A stretch of 32,000 bases of DNA from NCBI GenBank assembly GCA_031256725.1, contig JAIRQE010000007.1:1-32000 (forward strand). The letters run 5' to 3'. The translations under genes were made by a program, and so were the position numbers. Positions 19,458 to 26,410 of the stretch are shown here, piece by piece. Origin of the DNA: Propionibacteriaceae bacterium. GTDB taxonomy: Bacteria > Actinomycetota > Actinomycetes > Propionibacteriales > Propionibacteriaceae. Position 1 is the stretch's first letter; each line of letters begins with the position of its first letter. Below the pieces are notes generated by a model. The model was given only the letters and a program-made list of their open reading frames with translations. It was not told where the DNA came from and ran no database searches.

Positions 19458-19918
19458 TGGGATATTTCACCAGACCTGAGGGTCTCACCTCTGATTTAGC
19501 CCCACTGACAACGGGCCGGGTCACTGCCTGCTTGGATTCCCACCAATGGCATTACGAGGTTGCTGACGAGGGGGATGTCGGCGGCTGGTGGGACGGGTAC
19601 TGGTTCGTCTTCTCATTTCGTGGAAAATCCAAGGAGATCTTCTTCGCCCATGCGATCTGGAACCGAGGGGTACCGGCATCTGAGTTCAACCAGGCTGTCC
19701 TCTATGCCAACGAGTGGAATTCTGAACACCTGTGGCCCATGATGAGTGTACGTGAGAGGGATGACACCATCGTTGTACTCACCGACTTCTCAGTCGATTA
19801 TGGTTTCGGTCTCACTGATGAGCAGCTTGATCTCCACATCCGTTGTGCCATCGACACCATGGTTTCTGCCCTCACCTGGATGGATTCCAAGTACCCTGAC
19901 TACGTCGACAACAAGTAG
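19454..19918 (+). CDS. YbjN-domain-like protein (secretion-chaperone-like fold family)
   Basis: About 150 aa and acidic, with W/F-rich blocks WWDGYWFVFSF and ANEWNSEHLWP that I associate with actinobacterial YbjN-family proteins. GTG 19454 or ATG 19457 overlaps the upstream stop. Confidence 0.65.
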   Translation: MMGYFTRPEGLTSDLAPLTTGRVTACLDSHQWHYEVADEGDVGGWWDGYWFVFSFRGKSKEIFFAHAIWNRGVPASEFNQAVLYANEWNSEHLWPMMSVRERDDTIVVLTDFSVDYGFGLTDEQLDLHIRCAIDTMVSALTWMDSKYPDYVDNK

Positions 19919-20135
19919 AAAATGGGTGTACGAAGTCGCCCATTTCCCTGGATTGAAGCTAAGCCCAATCTACAAGGTGATGTTAAATTACAGGCGAAAT
20001 GAAGGTTTCGTGTTGTATTAGTACACAGTATGTTATTATGAAAAAGAATATTCAGAAATTGAAGGAACCTATTCAGTTTCTATTAAATCAGTGATTCAGT
20101 TCTCGTGGATCCCCATGAGGTGTTTTGTTTGATGA

Positions 20136-21026
20136 ATGCAGGCTTATAGTATGGTGTTGACTTTGTCGAATCGTATCGTGATTTTTTGTATGATTATGAC
20201 GACGGCGTTTTCGCTTTGTGCTTGCTCTTTTTCGTCGTCACCTGTGAATGAGTCTTCTGATATACCTGCGGTTCCTTCTGCGGTGCTTGATTGGTCTAGG
20301 TCAACGATCGTCTTGCCATTGGATAGATATGGCATGAGTATTGCTGAAGAGCAGGTGGTTCTTACTGCTCAGGTTATTGTTCTTTGGGGGTGTCTTGTGC
20401 CAGGTGTTGACCTGTCGGAGGAAGCGCTTCGACAAGCAAGAAAAATGCTTACGGTCGATGATTCGGTCAACAATTGGTTGTACGGGGCATGGAATGCCAG
20501 CTATATTGCGAGTCATGGTGTCCGTGGATCGGAGATCTCTGCGTGGCCATCTTTCCCGAATGTTGATGACGACACATATTACTCCTGTATTAGTGAACGT
20601 GCATTTTTAGACATGGCTGTAGTGAATGGAACTAGGTATCCAGGTGAGGCAAATACAGTGACATTGGCCCTCATTCGCTACTCGGTCGAGGCTCACGATA
20701 ATACGCTTGCTGACCCGCGCTTCATCGAGTTGGTGCAGACTCGTTCACAATGCGTTCGCGACCAAGGTTACACGGTTTACGAGGATGAACTTGGGGGTAT
20801 TGATCTGGGGTCTTCGTCGACAGAAGAGCAGTTTCTCGCGGCTATGCTTGCCGAAGCAACGTGTAGTGATCAGATGAGTTTTACCCAGCGGGCGGCTGAC
20901 ATCAATGTTGAGTATGAGATGCAGATTATCCGTGAACACGAAGCTGAGCTAGTGACTATCAAACATATCGCGGACGAGCGTGTCGCTAGAGCTACTCAGA
21001 TTTTGGAAGAGGTTGGGGTTCTGTAG
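20136..21026 (+). CDS. putative secreted lipoprotein, unknown function
   Basis: N-terminal hydrophobic segment ending in LCAC, followed by a Ser-rich linker (lipobox-like). G+C is lower than neighbours, at 40% and 48% in the two lines I counted. The start is uncertain. Confidence 0.55.
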   Translation: MQAYSMVLTLSNRIVIFCMIMTTAFSLCACSFSSSPVNESSDIPAVPSAVLDWSRSTIVLPLDRYGMSIAEEQVVLTAQVIVLWGCLVPGVDLSEEALRQARKMLTVDDSVNNWLYGAWNASYIASHGVRGSEISAWPSFPNVDDDTYYSCISERAFLDMAVVNGTRYPGEANTVTLALIRYSVEAHDNTLADPRFIELVQTRSQCVRDQGYTVYEDELGGIDLGSSSTEEQFLAAMLAEATCSDQMSFTQRAADINVEYEMQIIREHEAELVTIKHIADERVARATQILEEVGVL

Positions 21027-21050
21027 TGGAAGTGCTGCGGAATATGATTT

Positions 21051-21548
21051 ATGAGTAAAAGATCTGTTGCGATACTTGCTGCTGTTGTTGGGGTGCTGAT
21101 AGGTGCTTTAAGCGGCTCTTTGGTGGTAGCTTGGTTGTATCCACCAGTTGACACGGGTCCAATTGACAATGCGACAAAGGCCTTGCTAGTGACTGGAGTT
21201 CTTACTCTCTCATCGTTAACAGCAGGAACAACAATGTTTCTCTCGGTCCAACATCGCTCCGCTGAGATCGCACTCAGACGTGCAATGGGTGCTTCCAGGG
21301 GTTCAGTATTCCGACTCTTCGCTGTGGAAGGAATAGCCATCGGCATCGCCGGTGGTATCCTCGGAACAGCCCTTGGCATCGGGTTAACGATGTCGATAAC
21401 CTACCTCAACCACTGGCCTCTTGCATTGGGACTGGACATTGTTGCTCAAGGGGTTTTGGTTGGTCTCCTCGCGGGAACGATCGCCTCAATTGTCCCAGCA
21501 ACGTACGCCTCACGTCGCGATCCCGCCCAAATCCTGCGGGCAGTGTAA
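21051..21548 (+). CDS. minimal FtsX-domain membrane protein (4 TM, essentially no extracytoplasmic domain)
   Basis: TM1 (SVAILAAVVGVLIGALSGSLVVAWLY), a loop of only ~13 aa, then the FtsX core with EIALRRAMGASRGSVFRLFAVEG and two further TMs. Total length is 165 aa. Confidence 0.7.
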   Translation: MSKRSVAILAAVVGVLIGALSGSLVVAWLYPPVDTGPIDNATKALLVTGVLTLSSLTAGTTMFLSVQHRSAEIALRRAMGASRGSVFRLFAVEGIAIGIAGGILGTALGIGLTMSITYLNHWPLALGLDIVAQGVLVGLLAGTIASIVPATYASRRDPAQILRAV

Positions 21549-21638
21549 TCTCTTACCTTCTGAAGTCATAGTGAATGGGTGATACATCAGGGGTGGACTG
21601 TTTCATACTCGGAACGTGGATGCGAGAGAATTGTCCTT

Positions 21639-22289
21639 ATGGCTAAAGCACGTACCCCTATTCTCAAGGTCTCCAAGCTACAGAAGGCTTACGGGGACCA
21701 TGTTATTGTTTCCGACTTCTCTATGGACCTCTGGCCTGGGGATGCTGTGGCATTGACGGGGCGTAACGGTGCTGGAAAGTCCACGATCCTGCGATGCTTG
21801 GTTGGGGCCGAGGCCGCTGATGATGGAACCATCGAAATCGATGGGCTGCCTTTGAGGGAGGCTGATGCACGGGTACGAGCAGCCATGGCAACCGTCATTG
21901 ATGACTTGGATTTCTTCCCAGATCTGTCAGTGGTCGAACACCTCGACTTGCTAGCCCGTGCCTATGGGTTGCCTGATCCTGAGGTTGCTGTGGATGCGAT
22001 CTTGGGGGAGGTGCTCCTAGTACCCCAATCAGGTCAGCTACCCGGAACACTATCGTCGGGGCAGCGTCGACGCTTAGCCTTGGCCACTGCTTTCATTCGT
22101 CCCCGCAAGGTACTCGTCCTTGATGAACCTGAGCAGAGACTTGATGTTGAGGGCGTGGAGTGGCTAGCCAACAGGCTCAAAGAGGAGCGAGACCAGGGAT
22201 TGGCGATCATTATGGCAAGTCATGAGCCCAAACTGGTCGAAACTGTGTCCACCCGTACTATCCATGTGGGCGGTGCGCGTAATGGCTAA
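21639..22289 (+). CDS. ABC transporter ATP-binding protein
   Basis: Walker A GRNGAGKST, signature LSSGQRRR, Walker B VLVLDEPE and H-loop SHEP. I prefer ATG 21639 (MAKARTPILKV) over the track start at 21579. Confidence 0.9.
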   Translation: MAKARTPILKVSKLQKAYGDHVIVSDFSMDLWPGDAVALTGRNGAGKSTILRCLVGAEAADDGTIEIDGLPLREADARVRAAMATVIDDLDFFPDLSVVEHLDLLARAYGLPDPEVAVDAILGEVLLVPQSGQLPGTLSSGQRRRLALATAFIRPRKVLVLDEPEQRLDVEGVEWLANRLKEERDQGLAIIMASHEPKLVETVSTRTIHVGGARNG

Positions 22290-24090
22290 GAAGCGCAAGC
22301 CTCAAGGGTACAAAGCCCAACCGGTTGAGAAACCCGAGGCCGTCGAAGAAGTCGTGGTCGAAGAGGTGGTTGAGACCATTAATGAGACCGAACCGCCTGT
22401 GGAATTCCCGAAATGGGAGCATTCTCTCATTGATCTGGAGCCGGAACCCGTCTATGAACGGGATCTAAGGAATCTTGTACGCGACTGGCGGCGTGGACGT
22501 GCTACGAAGACCCTGCGCCAGGTGCTTGCCGATGGCTATGTCACAGTCTTTGCCATCATCATGATTGTTGCGATGCTGGGAAGTGGTGTGTGGACAGCCC
22601 AAGGGGCTGCGGCCGCATGTGAAACCGGGTCATGCCAGGTGGGACGTACCCTACTCCCGTGGGTGGCGACTGCAGCTGCCTTCTGTTTGACGGCCATGGC
22701 TTCTCGAATCTTCGGCCCTGTTGTGGCTTCTGCTGCTGAGGGATTCTGGTTGATGGATGCCCCAATTCGTCGAGGCCGCTTGCTGTGGAAGCGCCTGGTG
22801 GGAGTCGTTCTGGCTGTGGCTGGGATCGCTGCTGCGTTGGGTGGACTCATGGCTGCGTTGACTGGGTACCAGATCGATGACATCTGGCGCTGGGCGATCG
22901 CTATGGGTGTGGGTGCCGCAGGTATCACTGCCCTTGCTGCTGCTGAGCAGACCTGGGGGCGTACATGGGTCATCTCCTTGATTCAGTGGGTTTTCGGCCT
23001 CGGGGCAGTCTCGGTTTTGTTTGTCGTTGTGAGCTATGCGGCCGGGTGGTTCGGGGTAACTATTCCCCAGATCTCAGAAACAACTACTGTTGTTTGGGTT
23101 GCGTTGGGTGGGGGCGTACTCCTGCTCATTGGGGGCTTCATTGCACTCCAGCGCTTGGGGAGGATCCATCGGGCCCGTCTGGTCTCCGGTGGTACCCTCG
23201 TCTCCGGGATGCAGGGCGCAGCCTTCGCTATGGACTTCGGTTTGATGAGGGACATCCTTGTCGAACGTGATGCGATACGTCGAGGCCATGTACGTCCGGC
23301 GCGCGGTTCCGGTTCGGGTGCGAATGCTCTCGTGTGGCGTGAAGTGCAACGACTGTGGCGCTATCCAAAGAGGATCATGCTCATTGTGGTTTCAGTGGTC
23401 GTACCCTATGCAGTGGCTGCCCTCGGATTCCACACCTTCAATCCCTTCATTTCATCCCTGATCCTGCTTATCGGGTTCGTACCCATGCTTGGATCCATGA
23501 GGATCATGACTCGTACCAAGGGCCTAGCGCGCACCCTTCCGCTCTCCAATCCCCAGATCCGCAAAGCCATGGCAACCGTCCCAACAATCTTTGCCGTGTT
23601 GTGGGCCGCAGCAACAACCTGGGCCTTCTGGGGAATGGGGAACCATGGTACCCAAACACTCATGCAGGCCTTCGTCACCGCAGGGCTCACCGCCGCTGCT
23701 GGTCTGCTAGCCGCTATTCGATGGGTGACTGCCAAGTCGGCCAACTACCAGATGCCCATGATGCAGACAGGCTTTGGGGCCATGCCTCCGGGCTTGATCT
23801 TCAACCTTTTCCGCGGCATAGACATCGTCGTGATCGTAACTGGACCACTCCTTCTTGGTTGGTCGCCATGGATCTCAGGGGTCATCGCCGTCATCTGCAC
23901 TTTCGCCCTGTCGGGGCAGTACTCCATGGAAGAGATGCAAGCCATGCAGAAAGAAATGGAAAAAGAGAAAGCACGCTCTGGAGGTACGGGCACAGGCCTC
24001 TTCGGTGGCGGTAGAGCCCCCGCAGCTCCGGTCACCAAGCAGAAGATTGCTCCCCCCAAGGGATACCGCAGCCCACCAGTTGTGAAATAG
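22282..24090 (+). CDS. large polytopic membrane protein partnered with the ABC ATPase (DUF-type; possibly DUF6297-like)
   Basis: ATG 22282 overlaps the ATPase stop by 8 nt. It has an acidic VEE-rich N-terminus, about 12 hydrophobic segments, and a Lys/Pro-rich tail. Confidence 0.75.
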   Translation: MAKKRKPQGYKAQPVEKPEAVEEVVVEEVVETINETEPPVEFPKWEHSLIDLEPEPVYERDLRNLVRDWRRGRATKTLRQVLADGYVTVFAIIMIVAMLGSGVWTAQGAAAACETGSCQVGRTLLPWVATAAAFCLTAMASRIFGPVVASAAEGFWLMDAPIRRGRLLWKRLVGVVLAVAGIAAALGGLMAALTGYQIDDIWRWAIAMGVGAAGITALAAAEQTWGRTWVISLIQWVFGLGAVSVLFVVVSYAAGWFGVTIPQISETTTVVWVALGGGVLLLIGGFIALQRLGRIHRARLVSGGTLVSGMQGAAFAMDFGLMRDILVERDAIRRGHVRPARGSGSGANALVWREVQRLWRYPKRIMLIVVSVVVPYAVAALGFHTFNPFISSLILLIGFVPMLGSMRIMTRTKGLARTLPLSNPQIRKAMATVPTIFAVLWAAATTWAFWGMGNHGTQTLMQAFVTAGLTAAAGLLAAIRWVTAKSANYQMPMMQTGFGAMPPGLIFNLFRGIDIVVIVTGPLLLGWSPWISGVIAVICTFALSGQYSMEEMQAMQKEMEKEKARSGGTGTGLFGGGRAPAAPVTKQKIAPPKGYRSPPVVK

Positions 24091-24402
24091 GTTTTCGGGC
24101 GCCAATTCCCTGCGGGCACAATCATTGGATGACCCGCTGATCCTGTCATGGAGATAACTTCGCAATCTCGTCACAATGAGAGCCATCCCGAGGATGATTG
24201 TGAACTTTGTACCAAATCTGAAGCAATCCGGCCACCCTAACTTCCCGAATCTGGAAGAGGGGGATCTCAGTGGGTTGGGTTTGAGAAGTTGTGTGCTGAA
24301 TACATGGATCGGCGATGTCATGCTGTGCACTGCGACTTCACGCAACACGGGCCTCATCGCAGCATCCAGACATCATGACCCCAATCGAACTAGACTCTAG
24401 TC

Positions 24403-25449
24403 ATGGCCCGACCTCATTCCCATCGACTCGGTATTATCGCCGGGTTGACCTCGGCTGTGCTCTTCGGGGCGGGTACGCCCATCGCTAAGGTACTGCTCAA
24501 TTCGGTGAGCCCCTGGCTATTGGCGGGGTTGCTGTACACAGGCTCGGGTCTTGGGTTGGGGCTTTATCGTGCACTGCGCCGCTCACCTAGAGTACGCATT
24601 CCCCCGACGGAGATCCCTCCTCTGATCGGAGCCATCTTTTTTGGAGGGATTCTTGCGCCGGTACTTCTCATGTTTGGGCTGTCGGAGCTACCAGCATCGG
24701 GGGCTTCGCTGTTGTTGAATGCTGAGGCTGTGTTGACAGCATTGCTTGCGTGGTTTGTGTTCAAAGAGAATGTGGATCGACGGGTTGGCCTGGGGATGCT
24801 CGCTATCGTGGTTGGTGCGATCATCGTATCCATACCGGGTGGAGTTGAATGGGGATCCTTGTGGCCGTCACTAGCAATAGTGGGTGCCTGCCTATGCTGG
24901 GGGATCGATAATAATCTCACGCGCAGGGTTTCCCTCAATGATGCTGTGTGGTTGGCTGCACTCAAAGGGGGAGTGGCTGGGCCTGTGAATCTGAGTCTCG
25001 CCTTTGTGATAGGTGCGATCCTGCCCCCACTGATGAATATTGCTGCTTCTATGGGGGTCGGGCTTCTTGCGTACGGGGTAAGCCTGGTGTTGTTCATTGT
25101 GGCCTTGCGTCACCTGGGTACGGCGCGGGCCAGTGCCTATTATTCTGTGGGGCCCTTCTTCGGTGCGGCAGTAGCCTTGGCGATGGGGGAGTCACTCACC
25201 TGGTGGCTGGCTATCGCAGGGGTACTCATGGCTGTCGGGGTGTGGCTGCATCTAAGCGAAAACCATACCCATGAACACACCCATCGTGGGGAAACCCATG
25301 ACCACTGGCATCGCCATACCGATGATCATCACGACCACACCCATGAGGACCTACCTCCCGGTACATGGCATCGCCACGAACATGTACACGCGTCAGTGAC
25401 CCACTCCCATTCACATTATCCCGACTCTGAGCATCGACATACCCATTAA
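24403..25449 (+). CDS. DMT/EamA-type transporter with a histidine-rich C-terminal tail
   Basis: About 10 TM segments in an EamA-like arrangement. The last 66 residues (25249-25446) contain 23 His in HxH-type spacing. Confidence 0.75.
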   Translation: MARPHSHRLGIIAGLTSAVLFGAGTPIAKVLLNSVSPWLLAGLLYTGSGLGLGLYRALRRSPRVRIPPTEIPPLIGAIFFGGILAPVLLMFGLSELPASGASLLLNAEAVLTALLAWFVFKENVDRRVGLGMLAIVVGAIIVSIPGGVEWGSLWPSLAIVGACLCWGIDNNLTRRVSLNDAVWLAALKGGVAGPVNLSLAFVIGAILPPLMNIAASMGVGLLAYGVSLVLFIVALRHLGTARASAYYSVGPFFGAAVALAMGESLTWWLAIAGVLMAVGVWLHLSENHTHEHTHRGETHDHWHRHTDDHHDHTHEDLPPGTWHRHEHVHASVTHSHSHYPDSEHRHTH

Positions 25450-25657
25450 GTACCGTGTTGTCATTTCTGTACTGTGACCTCATGCAGCACAGGATCTATA
25501 CCTTGACCGTACAACCTTGAGTATCCTCCCAGAGATGGGCGATATATCACTCTTAAGGATGAGAGGGTTGTGGATGACCCTGACCCTTGTACTGACTCAC
25601 CCCTGAATTGGGGATTTTCGCTTGAATACCAAAATTTCTGCACGTAGGGTCGAAGTT

Positions 25658-26410
25658 ATGACAGCAGTTGAATACTCCTCGGTACAGCCCATCGTCTCGG
25701 CTACGAATCTCGTCAAGGTCTATGGTGAAGGTGACACCCTAGTACGCGCACTTGATGGGGTCAGTGCATCCTTTGCCTCCGGTACCTTCACAGCAATCAT
25801 GGGTCCTTCGGGCTCTGGAAAATCCACACTCATGCACTGTTTGGCTGGGCTTGATGAGTCAACATCGGGCCATATCGCCATCAATGGTACGGCCGTGGAA
25901 TCCCTCAATGACAATGAGCTCACCAAGCTGCGTCGAGACCAGATCGGATTCATCTTCCAGTCGTTCAACCTTCTTCCCACACACACAGCTAAGGAGAATA
26001 TCCTTCTCCCACTCGAATTGGCGGGGACTCAAGCAGACCAGAATCTACTGTCTCATCTTGTGAAGTCTCTAGGACTCGAAGGACGAATGGGCCACCTGCC
26101 CTCGCAGCTTTCGGGTGGTGAACAGCAGCGTGTAGCCGTCATTCGAGCACTCATCTCCCATCCTTCTGTTGTCTTTGCTGACGAACCGACTGGCGCACTC
26201 GACACTCGCAACTCCAAGCATCTGTTGTCCTATCTGTGTTCTGCGAGTCAGGAACTGGGGCAAACCATCATCATGGTTACTCATGATCCGAAAGCCGCTC
26301 GCTATGTGGATCGGGCCATCATCCTCTCCGACGGCCAGGTACGTCATGATATGGACGAACCCACCGAGGAGACCGTGATCGAGGCCATGCGTCACCTTGG
26401 AGGTGAGTAA
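25658..26410 (+). CDS. ABC transporter ATP-binding protein, MacB/LolD/FtsE-like
   Basis: GPSGSGKST, LSGGEQQRVAVIRAL, VVFADEPTGALD and VTHD. I prefer ATG 25658. Confidence 0.92.
   Translation: MTAVEYSSVQPIVSATNLVKVYGEGDTLVRALDGVSASFASGTFTAIMGPSGSGKSTLMHCLAGLDESTSGHIAINGTAVESLNDNELTKLRRDQIGFIFQSFNLLPTHTAKENILLPLELAGTQADQNLLSHLVKSLGLEGRMGHLPSQLSGGEQQRVAVIRALISHPSVVFADEPTGALDTRNSKHLLSYLCSASQELGQTIIMVTHDPKAARYVDRAIILSDGQVRHDMDEPTEETVIEAMRHLGGE

Noticed and set aside
25535-25620. 23-codon hydrophobic uORF (MGDISLLRMRGLWMTLTLVLTHP) ending inside a CCCC-tgaatt-GGGG hairpin followed by ATTTTCGCTT, considered as an attenuator for the MacB-type ABC operon
   Set aside because: The stem is only 4 bp, the uORF has no SD sequence (the upstream sequence is cctccc), and the U-tract is interrupted. 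This is too weak to call without conservation or transcript data.
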